Shown one piece after another: positions 23,801 to 35,777 of a stretch of 64,000 bases of DNA. Location: positions 641,219-705,218 of the forward strand of contig BFEA01000012.1 in assembly GCA_003427395.1 (NCBI GenBank), given 5' to 3'. The notes under the pieces were generated by a model, which was given only the letters and a program-made list of their open reading frames with translations, was not told the DNA's origin and did no database searches. How positions within the stretch are numbered: position 1 is the first letter of the stretch; every line of letters starts with the position of its first letter. The stretch comes from Chara braunii. Taxonomy: Eukaryota; Plantae; Charophyceae. The position numbers and the translations under genes were made by a program.

Positions 23801-26800
23801 AGCCTCACGATCTTTGAGACAGCGGGTTGTGGCCTTCCTGTGGCGAGGCAATCATGAAACATAGAGCGTGATGTGTAGGGTCGTGTGGGAGGCGATCGTT
23901 CAACCCAGATCCCACCCCTGGAGTGGCCTGAGGTCACCTGGCGCCCTCTGTAAGCCCCGATCCGGGTCCTGGGGATCCAACTATCGGCTGCAGGAAAACC
24001 TGAGTGCAACGACAAATAGATAATGGACCCGACACTCCAAGAGCTTGCCCCATGGACAGACGAACACACCTCACTCTTTGGTAGGGCTCTTGTTGTTAAC
24101 AATGTGGTGCTGGCGTTTCTTTGGTATAACTCTGCTATTTGGCCTCTGTCCCAGGAAGCCTCACGATCCCTGAGACAACGGGTTCTGGCCTTTCTGTGGC
24201 GAGGCAATCATGAAACACAGAACGTGATGTGTAGGGTCGTGTGGGAGCCGATCGTTCAACCCAGATCCCATGGCGGTTTGGGAATTCGTCATCCGGACAC
24301 CCAGACAGCTTCCCTGGCCTTGCAGTGGCTAAGAAGATTAATTTGCACACCTAACCTCCCATGGGAACCCCTAGCATTACAACAAATAGCAAGGCTGGCC
24401 CCCGAATCCCGGCCCTCCACGGATCCTCTGGTTTGGCTAGACAAAGTGTTTCGGGAAGTTCCCAGGCCCTCCCGTAGGCCGGTCGTGCATTCGGACCGGG
24501 ATGCAGCCCTCACAGATCTTTAAAAATATAACTTTTGATCCAAGACTGACAGCTCCCCCTCCCGGACAAACCAGCGCCCAGTAGGTGGGAGGAGGTGCTC
24601 TGCCAACCTTTGTTCGGGAATCGTTGGATAACGGATTAACAGAGGAGAGTTTTCACAAGCTTGGGAAGACCATGGAACTCTTTGGTCAAGTACGGTGTCC
24701 ACAAAGTGGAACACATATGAGACATCACATGCAATGATTAGATAACAGAAGCCCAACTCAGAAGTAAATTGTAACACTGCCACCAGATTGGAGAAAATCT
24801 CGAAGAAGTTGTTTTCTCCCTCCTCTTAGCATAGGTGCAGATATTGCGACGTGGCCCAAGGGTTATGGAGGTAGATTGGGTGGCAATAGGTGGTGATGAG
24901 GCTCGTGTCGGTCAAGTGTTAACGACTAGATAAGAGGAAGCGCTGGTAAATCTATTTTATAAGACCAACCAAATCCGGCTGGTACGTGGGGTTCCGGATG
25001 AGGTGTTTTGGCTCCCGAAGGCAGGTATTCATAGGGTGATGAGGTGTTTTGGCTCCCGAAGGCAGGTATTCATAGGGTGAGAGTGTTGAAGGAAGGGGAC
25101 TACTGGGTAATGCCCATTCAGAAACCTTCATTGACCCACGAGAATGGAGGTGGCGAATCTCCTCGGGGGGCCCACAACCCCATTACCGGTACCTGCACAA
25201 CTTGGGGGTTAAGACCACTTACAGGTTATTAAGATCCCGAATCAACCTAAAAGATCGAATTGTGGACCGATGGGCGAATCATTTGAATGTACCATTGGAG
25301 GCATTGAGACCAATCAAATGGTTTAAGGAGGCCAAGTGTAAACCCACCAAACTGGCATCGCTGCAATGGCAAATTGCCCACCGCTGCCTCCCCATAAACG
25401 CATGGCTCATTGACCACTCTAGCCTGAGCAGAAAGGCACGGCCCTCCCGTGGTGCGCGGCTTGCCTGGAGGGCTTTCTATCCCACAAGTTTAATGAAACA
25501 ATTGAACATTTTTTCTTGTAATGCCCATCCTCAACGCTTGTCTGGCGACGGCGGGCAAGAATTTGGGCAGGCCTCGAAACTGACCCCGATTGGCCATGGG
25601 AGTGGAGAGCCCTGCTCTGTGGACATTGGACGGCCCAAGGTTCGGTTTTTACCTCCAACTTGTTTTCGATTGGTAGGAAAGCGATGTTGTGGGGCCATGC
25701 GGAGGCGTCGTTGCATACTGACCATCGAGGGCACACATGTGGAGAGGGTCGAGATGGCAAACAGGATCAAGGACATCATTGAGACAGCAATCAGGGCTCG
25801 ATGGACACGATTAGTACAACTGACAAAGTCCCTCTTTAAAACGACTGACATCACCCGCTACCTAAATGACACATTGATGGAATTAAGCTGGTATGGTAGG
25901 GGGTAGGGAGTAGAGACGACCCGCTCAACCCGGACAGGAGAGAAGTTCGATCGCTGCGCAGTGGGAATGGCAGATTAAGGCCCTCCCTCCGGTCGCCCCC
26001 TGGAGTAAGGAGGTTCATCCTCATCATTCCAACTGCCACCTACCAGCCCCCGTTCTGTGCCTGCTTGAGCAGAGCCCCGAAATGGCATAGGCAAAAGTCA
26101 ATAAGTCACTGTTCTCATAACCTGTGCAGTCAATCCCCTGGACTCCACGACAATCAATGTTGACACGTCTATGATTCATTTTCCTCCAACGAATTTGGGA
26201 TACCTGATGTAAAAGGGACGTTGAACCCAGTTTCCAGCAAGTGAAGCTCCCCACCAATAGATGGAGCCTCCCCTGGGGTGATAGTGATGCCTGCTCTTAC
26301 CAATGCCATCATCACCCGTGAGGGATGTTAAAAAAATAAAATAAAAAAAATAAAACGATTGTCAATGTTCGTCTGGGCGTGCGGAAGGCAAAAGGGATGT
26401 GCTTCTTTCCTTAAACCGCTAGTACACAGCCCCCCAGCCTTGCAGTCCGAAACTTGTCGCCACAAGAAAACGAGGCCGAAACGTCAAACGTTGGGCCCAC
26501 CGTTGACAAATTCAATCAGTCGTCGCGTTTTAGTTTCCCGCCTCCAGAATTTGAGGTGTCAGGCCCGCAGCCCAGGTGCCCATGTACTGGTGCTTTAAAC
26601 CACGGCCCCCCTAGCCTTGCAGAAAGTTTTTTGTTGCCACAAGCAAAACTCGGAGGCGCTGCACGGCCAGGGGCACCATTGAAAAAAAAAAATTGGCGGC
26701 TTTGGAAGTGGTGTGGGTTTCATGCTTACACTCGCGGGCCGATGTGTGGTGTACTTGTGCTTGAAACCTCTAGTACACGGCGCTGGCCTTACATAAATTT

Positions 26801-27283
26801 TCTTGTTTTCTACTCCGAAAAGTTTGAAGTTCGGGCCTAGGGGACCACAATGCTTGCTGGCGCCGGCCAAAAAGATGAAAAGTGCGCTGCTGGCGATTCG
26901 TAAAAGCTTGGCGCGTGATGCAGAGCCTCCCATCCCCAAATTGAACCACGAGTACCTTGCCCAACTATTGATGTCGAGCCTAAAAACACCTTGCGCACCA
27001 CGTTTTGCCAAGCCTGAAAGCAAGCAGCAGCACCACAAGGAAAAAAGAGTGCAATACCGGCACCGACCTCTGTGAAACAGTGCTGCTGGACCTCCCGCAT
27101 GCAAACTGAATACAAAGGAGGTCGTTCTTGTCACTGATGAGAAAAAAACAACAGAAAATAAAAAAACAAATCAAAGATGCTGACAGGCGATCAATTGCCC
27201 CCTGCCTCTCATGCGGAGTCACAGCAGAAACAGTCGAGATTCTTCGTTCTTTGAAAAAGAACAAAACAAAAACACATTTATAG

Positions 27284-27530
27284 ATCTGACGGACAAGGTC
27301 AGATACACTCACGGTGAAGGCCACCTCTGAGCTTGAATCTATACCTCTGACGGACAAGGTCAGATACACTCAATCACGATGAAGGGTACTCATGAGCTCG
27401 AATGTACACATCTGACGCAAAAGGTCAGATGCACTCACTAACGTCGAAGGCTACTTCTGAGCTCAAATGTATACATCTGACACACAAGGTCAGATCCACT
27501 CACTAACGAGAAAGGTTACTACTGTGCTCG
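27284..27530 (+). repeat. Degenerate minisatellite, about 60-65-bp unit, four copies
   Basis: Recurring tctgac...aaggtcagat(a/g/c)cactca. Confidence 0.8.
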
Positions 27531-27533
27531 CAC

Positions 27534-27589
<56 letters not shown>

Positions 27590-27693
27590 TCTCTCTCTCT
27601 CTCTTACGCATACGTGCGCACAAGATAGATAGATAGATAGATAGATAGATACGAGAGAGCGCACAAGATAGATGGATAAATAAGTAGATAGAG

Positions 27694-27780
<87 letters not shown>

Positions 27781-27787
27781 TGAAGAG

Positions 27788-27834
<47 letters not shown>

Positions 27835-27839
27835 TGAAA

Positions 27840-29050
27840 GGGCTTCCACAATTTAGATCCCGAATTCAGACCCCAAATTCACAAGGGGCTCAGTCGACCA
27901 GATCCTGGAGTTACGAATCAGTATTTCAAAAGACAAGTTCCTCAGAGTTAGCTATCGCGTTCAAACTAAAATGAAAAGTCATTTTGCAGAAGTCACATCC
28001 AGGTCCTAAATGAACAGTCAAATTTGAGGCTAAGGGTCACATCGGTTCAGCAGATAGTCAAGAGTCGCAGACCCAGTCAAGTCCTAGTCCAGAGGTTGTG
28101 TCTGGACTGTGACCAGAAGTCCAAAAGGCAGGCCCGAAGGCCAAAGTAGCAGCAGGCCATGGGAAAGGTACTGGGACTCACACTTTGTAACAAACAAGCA
28201 GTGGGCATGCGGTACCAAGCAATTTGGCCAGAGGCTGGCCCAACCGTCTCAGTTCAACACTACAAAAGACTGGCCAGCCTCCTAGTTGGGCAGATGCTCA
28301 TTCACATGAGAGTATGGAAGTGCTTGTGCACTTGTGCGCTAGTGTGCGAGAGTGCGTTATGCCAGAGAGCTACGCAAGTGAGCTGAGAGAGAAGTAGCTG
28401 CTGGCAGGAAAGAAGGCAGCCATAGCTGCACCAGCGCCAGATTGTAGTAGAGTTAGTATGATAGTAGAAGTAGTGAGATGTATTCAGAGTTTAACCTCAT
28501 GTGTGTGCTGTAGTAGGGAGTGTGCATGTGTGTGAAGAGAAAATACTAGTGTAGAGTTTAGACCAGGGTCACGATGATAAGTGAGAGACAGAAGAGAGTG
28601 AAAGCTATGGTAGAGACTTACCTTGTCTAGGCGAGGAGTTTGGAAGAGGAGAGAGAAAGTGGTGAGGGATCTTGAGTGGAGAGTGTCGAAGAAGAAGGGG
28701 GTGGTGTGGAGGAGTACGTACCTTATTGGTGTTGGAGCGTGGAGCGTATGTGGAGCTTCATCGACAGACGTCATACTAGAGAAGAACCTCTGCCCCCCTA
28801 AGACCTGTTTGCTTGCTGATTGTGTGTGTGCTTGGTACCTTCCCATAATCCTGTTGGTCGCTGTTGCTGTCAGGTCGAAGTTTTGGACAAGTTACCAACA
28901 TCTGTAGGATAGTGGTTGAAGTCTGAAGAGCTGGTTGGTTGGTGTTGGGCTCAAAGCTACGAAGCAGAGTCAGACTATCTTAGGATTAGGTTGTGGTCTG
29001 GTCTGCGATGAAGTGTTAGTGAATTCGAATCAGGGTTGAGTCTATCTAAT
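27840..29050. mobile_element. Non-coding dispersed repeat related, in inverted orientation, to 35778-36910
   Basis: 28340-28430 aligns by eye with the reverse complement of 36195-36300. Bounded by microsatellites; ends not resolved. Confidence 0.4.
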
Positions 29051-29058
29051 CATCACTC

Positions 29059-29102
<44 letters not shown>

Positions 29103-29232
29103 TATCAGAAACCGGGAAAGATTTCTGAACAAAATATCGTACTCTGAAGAGCAGCGAACAACTGGGAAATAGTAATATTAAAAAAAAAATCAGATCCCAA
29201 CCAATTAGAAGAAGATTGATTAGGATCCCGCG

Positions 29233-32200
29233 ATTGGTCGATCCCACGTAAGGTTCAGGGCCAAATGGTCGACCGATTCTGGCCATCATTGCTAAAAAGC
29301 TGGCGTAGACTTCCCCTCCCTAAGAAGCAGACACCTAAGCGTTGGGAACCGGATACCGCCTGTGGCTACGGAATCGAGGCGCGGGCGCGCCTTCAAGAAC
29401 GAACCGGGTCTCGCGTGTGGGACCCGCACACCGGGAGCGGTGTCTCGCGTGGGCCCGTCACGCGAGACCCGCCTTTTCCTTTAAGGTATTAGAGAAAAAA
29501 AAGGATCTGTTTAATATTTGGAATTATAGACCAATGACTCTCTTGACTGTAGTGTACAAAATGTTGGCAAAGGCTTTGGCAAACAGATTGATCCCAGTCA
29601 TGGAGACGCTGATTCATCCAGCACAGACAAGGTTCATTCAGCACCGACAAATCGAAGAAAATATTTTACTAATCAACGAAGCGCTGCAGTTGTCCCGTCA
29701 TTCGAAACAAAACGTGGCCCTTATCTTTATCAATTTTGAAAAGGCTTACGATCATGTGGATTGGCTATTTCTTGACAAGAGTTTGAAAAAAATGAATGTC
29801 GGGCCGATTTTCCGCAGATGGATCCGCATTCTCCATCAAAATGCAACCACAAGGGTACAGATAAACGAGACTCTGACACCTCCAGCTCTGTACGCCAAGG
29901 GGACCCGATTGCACCCTTCCTCTTCCTTATTGTCATGGAAGCCTTATCGGCCAACCTTCGAGCTAATAAGGACATAAAAAAACGTAGGATTGCACGAATT
30001 CTGGAGGAATCAGTCCCGATTTTTGCTCGCTGTTTGCAGATGACCTAACCGTTATTACTGAGGCCATGCAGGAGAACATGGAGGAAATTCGACGATTAAT
30101 GGATAAGTTCACTAAGGTATCGGACATGGTAGTGAACTGGGGAAGCAAAACCCAAGGGTGGTGGATTCACTACCAAGGTGGTCATCCACCAGAATCCCCA
30201 AATATCCATTGGCTTTCCCAACAGGCTCCCATTCGGGTTTTGGGCGTACAAATGACTGCCCAGGGTTGCCCTCCCTCAAATGATGACTGAATTTTTGCAC
30301 CGGCCTTAGCAAAGTTGGCTGACTGGAGGAAAAAACATACCTCTATCTTTGGTCGGGCGCTGGTTATTAACAATGCAGCATTTGTCACTCTTTGGTATAA
30401 ATCGATACTGTGGCCATTGAGTAAATCCACCTTAAAAGCGTTGAAATCAAGGGTGACAGCTTTTTTATGGAGAGGGGATGATGAACGAGCCAATGTCATC
30501 TATAGGGTAGCATGAGAATCGGTTATCGAACCCAAAACAATGGGGGAATTGGGCATTATAGACCCTGCCCCACAAGCCCAAGCCCTCCGGCTCAAATGGC
30601 TGAAAACTTTAATCTTTGCTCTTGATAGTTCGTGGCAGGCCCTGGCGCTGGACCACATTGCTCAGCTGGCCCCGCCAGCCCCACCGGAGGTAAGCCCGCT
30701 GACTTGGATAGAAGATCGCTATTGGTCGATCCCACGTAAGGTTCAGGGCCAAATGGTCGACCAATTATGGCCATCATTGCTAAAAAGTTGGCGTAGACTT
30801 CCCCTCCCTAAGAAACAGACACCTAAGCGTTGGGAACCGGGTCTCGCGTGTGGCTACGGAATCGAGGCGCGGACGCGCCTTCAAGAACGAACCGGGTCTC
30901 GCGTATGGGACCCAGGCACCGGGGGCGGTGTCTCGTGTGGGCCCGTCACGCGAGACTCGCCTTTTCCTTTAAGGTATTAGAGAAAAAAAAGGATCTGTTT
31001 AATATTTGGAATTATAGACCAATCACTCTCTTGATTGTAGTGTACAAAATGTTGGCAAAGGCTTTGGCAAACAAATTGATCCCAGTCATGGAGACGTTGA
31101 TTCATCCAGCACAGACAGGGTTCATGCAGCACCTACAAATCGAAGAAAATATTTTACTAATCAACGAAGTGCTGCAGTTGTCCCGTCATTCGAAACAAAA
31201 CGTGGCCCTTATCTTTATCAATTTTGAAAAGGCTTACGATCATGTGGATTGGCTATTCCTTGACAAGAGTTTGAAAAAGATGAATGTCGGGCAAATTTTC
31301 CGCAGATAGATCCGCATTCTCCATCAAAATGCAACCACAAGGGTACAGATAAACGGGACTCTGACACCTCCAATTAACCTGGAACGCTCTGTACGCCAAG
31401 GGGACCCGATTGCACCTTTCCTCTTCCTTATTGTCATGGAAGCCTTATCGGCCAACCTTCGAGCTAATAAGGACATAAAAAAACTCAGGATTGCACGAAT
31501 TCTGGAGGAAGCAGTCCCAATTTTTGCTCGCTGTTTGCAGATGACCTGACCGTTATTACTGAGGCCATGCAGGAGAACATGGAGGAAATTCGACGATTAA
31601 TGGATAAGTTTACTAAGGTATCGGACATGGTAGTGAACTGGGGAAGCAAAACCCAAGGGTGGTGGATTCACTACCAAGGTGGTAATCCACCGGAATCCCC
31701 AAATATCCATTGGCTTCCCCAACAGGCTCCCATTCGGGTTTTGGGCGTACAAATGACTGCCCAGGGTTGCCCTCCCTCAAATGACGACTGGATTTTTGCA
31801 CCGGCCTTAGCAAAGTTGGCTGACTGGAGGAAAAAACATACCTCTATCTTTGGTCGGGTGCTGGTTATTAACAATGCAGTATTTGCCACTCTTTGGTATA
31901 AATCGATACTCTGACCATTGAGTAAATCCGCCTTAAAAGCGTTGAAATCAAAGGTGGCAGTTTTTTTATGGAGAGGGGATGATGAACGAGCCAATGTCAT
32001 CTGTAGGGTAGCCTGAGAATCGGTTATCGAACCCAAAACGATGGGGGAACTGGGCATTACAGAACCTGCCCCACAAGCCCAAGCCCTCCGGCTCAAATGG
32101 CTGAAACTCTAATCTTTGCTCTTGATATTCCGTGGCAGGCCCTGGCGCTGGACCACATTGCTCAGCTGGCCCCGCCGGCCCCACCGGAGGTAAACTCGCT

Positions 32201-32646
32201 GACTTGGATAGAAAATCGATATTGGTCGATCCCACGTAAGCTATGTATCCCCCCCGGCGGCGGACAGGCGCGACCAAGTCCACGGTCGTGGCCAGTCCGC
32301 GAAGCCCGCGGACGTGTTCGAGTGGACGCGCGGATTCGCGGACACGTGGCGACCGCAGGGGAGAGGGTTTCACAAATCTGGCGGCGCATCCCCTGCCCTA
32401 CGCCCCCCCCCAAAAAAAAAACGAAAAATATGAACTTTTGGTGGGGGGGGTACGGGCAAAATCCGACGAAATTGAAAAAAAAAACGCGTTTTTTTTTTGT
32501 TTTTTTTTTTCCGTTGATTGATTGATTGATTGATTGATTGATAGATTGATTGATTTTTTTATTCGATTTTGCTTTTTCTTTTTTTTGTTGTTGATTGATT
32601 GATTGATTGATTGATTTTTTTATTCGATTTTGCTTTTTGTTTTTTG

Positions 32647-32681
<35 letters not shown>

Positions 32682-32942
32682 GTGGGAGAGGGGTCGCCCC
32701 ACCCCCACGACCACGGGCACANNNNNNNNNNNNNNNNNNNNNNNNNNNNNNNNNNNNNNNNNNNNNNNNNNNNNNNNNNNNNNNNNNNNNNNNNNNNNNN
32801 NNNNNNNNNNNNNNNNNNNNNNNNNNNNNNNNNNNNNNNNNNNNNNNNNNNNNNNNNNNNNNNNNNNNNNNNNNNNNNNNNNNNNNNNNNNNNNNNNNNN
32901 NNNNNNNNNNNNNNNNNNNNNNNNNNNNNNNNNNNNNNNNNN

Positions 32943-33027
<85 letters not shown>

Positions 33028-35460
33028 TCAATCAATCCATCAATCAAACCTTTTTTTTTTCAAGTTTTTTGTTTATTTATTTTTAAATTTTGTATCATTA
33101 TTTTTCTAAAACACCTCCTACCCCTGCAAAGAACAGAAATTCATTTCCAAAAAATACAGTTGACCTCAGGGAGCATATATCTGATGATAAAAAATGACAA
33201 AAAAAAAATCCAACTTTTCTTTATATATATATTTTTATTTTTTTTTAAATCGAATTTAGTTTTTGATTTTTTAAAAATCCGAAACAAAGTCGGATTCCAA
33301 AAAAAAAAATGGGGTTGTAGGGCTTAGAATTCCCTACAACCCCATATATATATATATTTTTAGCCTATTATTTAATTCAGGAAAATTCTGGTAAAATCGG
33401 GTCCGCGGCGCAGACCAGGTAGGCCGCGGATGCGGACCCGTCTACGTCCGCCATCCGAGATTGGACCCGAGGACGCGTCCGCGGGTGTTACATAGCACGT
33501 AAGGTTCAGGGCAAAATGGTCGACCAATTCTGGCCATCATTGCTAAAAAGCTGGCGTAGACTTCCCCTCCCTGAGAAACAGACACCTAAGCGTTGGGAGG
33601 AGGTATACCGACAACCCTTGATCGGCAACCGGTGGATCACACCCTGCTACGGTCAGGTTCTGAACAGCTCAAAAGCACCATGGAAGGGGTGGGTGAAAAA
33701 TGGGGTTCTTCGGGTTGGTCACCTATGGGACCACGAAAAAACGAATTGGAAAACGACGTCCCAGGTACGGGGAGTTCTCAGATACTGCCACCACACTGAG
33801 CAACATCTGGAAACTATTATCCCGCTTGCTTGGTACAGGGTTCTTAGAAATGGCCCCTCTCTAAAAGAGGGAGACTGGGTGGCGTTCTCGAAAGATAAAC
33901 ACGGGTAGGGCGAATAGACCAGACACGCCCAGCTGATGCCTTAGTGGAGTATTATGCTATTGGGCCAAGGGGAGTGCTGGGTAGTTCTCGAAACCCCTTT
34001 GAGTGGAGAGAGAAGGATGAGATGTTTCGGATACGGGTGCTACAGGAGGAACCGGACTTCAAGGCCTTTCACTCTCAAACACCGATACAAGAGCTCGCTA
34101 TCAATCCCGACGAATGGAAATGGTGGACGGGTTCAAGAACGGGGCCAGCAGTAAGGAAAAACATCCACCTTCATACCATATCTGTTAAATCCATGTATAA
34201 AATGCTCAGACCTAAAAGAGTATTAAAGGACCGCATAAATGACAGATGGGCTCATCACCTGAACGTCGATCGATCCACCCTCACACCCATAAAATGGTTT
34301 AAGGAAACCAAAACCAGGCTAGTAAAAATTACATCACTCCAATGGCAGATTGCACACCGATGCCTGCCGACAAATGCCTGGTTGATTGATCACACCCAGC
34401 TGGAACAAAAAGGGAAAGCACTTCCATGGTGCCACCGGTGCTTGTCTGCATTCCCAATGAGGAAAAGAAATGAGACCATTGAACACATTTTCATGCAATG
34501 TCCAGTGGCTATCTTAACATGGCGATGGTGGGACTGGGTTTGGAGGAAGGCAACCGACATCCTCTCGCCATGGTCGTGGCAAGCTATACTAGCCGGGTAC
34601 TGTCTGGGAATGGAAAGAGCCCCCCCCTACATTAGCAACTTGTATAACCTGGGTAGACGATCTGTAACGCGAAGATGGAATAATCTCAGATCACAGCTTG
34701 ACATTTTTCAGACGGATCAGGATATAAAGAGAGGGATTACTGGGTTTTGTGTGGAATGGCTAGGTGGGCAAAGAGGGGGATGGATGGCTCGGATTGAGTG
34801 GTCGGGGGACCGAGCAGACACGATGGGACAAAAGATCATGAGGGATTACAAACTTGTCTTCAATGACTGGACTAACATCGACCCAACTTTTCNGATGAGG
34901 CACCCATCTGATTTCCCGGACCCCTTCCCACCCCACCCCCTCGCCCTGGTGGAAACCCTCGCCTGATCCAGATGACAGAGGTANTGTTGCTTAGAGCACG
35001 GGCTGGGGAACGGATAGGGACCACTGGTGCCCCCCAGGGACCCTGCTGGCCCCAGCCTAGAGTTTTTTAGCCTCGTGGGACGTTGGTCCCGGTTTCCAGC
35101 AAAATGCCTGTTCTTTTTTACTCAGCAGTTCCAAAGTGAGGGAGGGAGGAACTAGTTTCTCAGCGGTAATTATTTGGCGCCCGGTGCTAAGGCGAAGAGG
35201 TTCTCTCCCTCTCCTTAACAGTCTGCACAGTCAATCCTCTGGATCCCAGAGTAATCAATGCTGGCAGGCTACTCAGTCAAACCTTTTTGGTTTCTTGATG
35301 CATTCTGTTGATTGTCTGTATATGGGACGCTGGACCCGTTTCCCAGCAGGTGTTGCTCCCCACCAATAGATGGAGCTTCTCCCCGGGTGCTAGTGGTGTT
35401 TGGTTCCTCGAATCAACACCACTAGCACTACAGGGGATGCGTTTTAATATATAAAAAAAA
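29233..35460 (+). mobile_element. 5'-truncated L1/Tx1-like LINE with 1.5-kb tandem amplification and a nested TIR element
   Basis: RT motifs NYRPITLL, NFEKAYDHV, VRQGDPIAP and LFADDL each occur twice; C-terminal CHRC...EHIFMQC zinc finger (33944-34966); 3' motif and A tail at about 35453. Confidence 0.9.
32241..33495. mobile_element. Non-autonomous TIR DNA transposon (hAT-like by 8-bp TSD)
   Basis: TIRs CTATGTAtCcCCC / CTATGTAaCaCCC; TSD CACGTAAG (32233-32240 and 33496-33503); empty sites in the duplicated LINE copies at about 29245 and 30733; GC-rich subterminal cgcgga repeats. Confidence 0.9.
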
Positions 35461-35461
35461 G

Positions 35462-35746
35462 AAGAGGTATTATCAGCGGACTAACCAGCCCAGGTAAATT
35501 CAATCTTGTGTCTAATCTGACACCGGGTGGCCTTTTCAGCCCAGGGTGGTCTTTATTTATTGCCTTGAGGGAATCCCCAATCGAGGAGGGGGGGACACCA
35601 GCCAGGGGATAGCCGGTAGCAGAGGGACCGAGCATCATCTCTAGGTGGCGGGCGCCAAGAATGCCCAGAAGGTACATGAGGCCAATGGGGATTGAACCCA
35701 AGACCTGCTGAATGCCACTCGCGTGGCCTACCAACTTAGCTCTGCT
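35462..35746 (-). mobile_element. tRNA-derived SINE
   Basis: Minus-strand head gagctaagttggtagg...gggttcaatccc (A and B boxes). Confidence 0.6.
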
Positions 35747-35777
35747 GTTTTATCTTCTATTTCTTTTTTCCTTTTTT

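Larger units (their letters stand above)
6130..26354 (+). mobile_element. Decayed L1/Tx1-like LINE interrupted by a Gypsy element (5' boundary approximate)
   Basis: ORF1 remnants: WVEFRHIP and zinc knuckle CFKCKSYGH..C at about 6950. The ORF1 frame reads SGA|QGKLL once the Gypsy plus one TSD is removed. ORF2 remnants: EN (CIQETHL, 21168-), RT (KAPGVDGF, IDFKKA, VRQGDPLAP), C-terminal QWQIAHRCLP. A-rich tail 26330-26354. Confidence 0.9.

Noticed and set aside
27284-27530. CRISPR-like repeat-spacer pattern
   Set aside because: The spacers are related to each other, there are no cas genes, and the context is eukaryotic; it is a minisatellite.
35324-35376. HDV-like ribozyme reading of the LINE 3' motif
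   Set aside because: There is no room for P3, P1.1 and P4 between the candidate P2 strands.
29483-35475. AGGTATTA as TSD of the third LINE
   Set aside because: Short, and the right copy overlaps the end of an adjacent SINE; not reliable.
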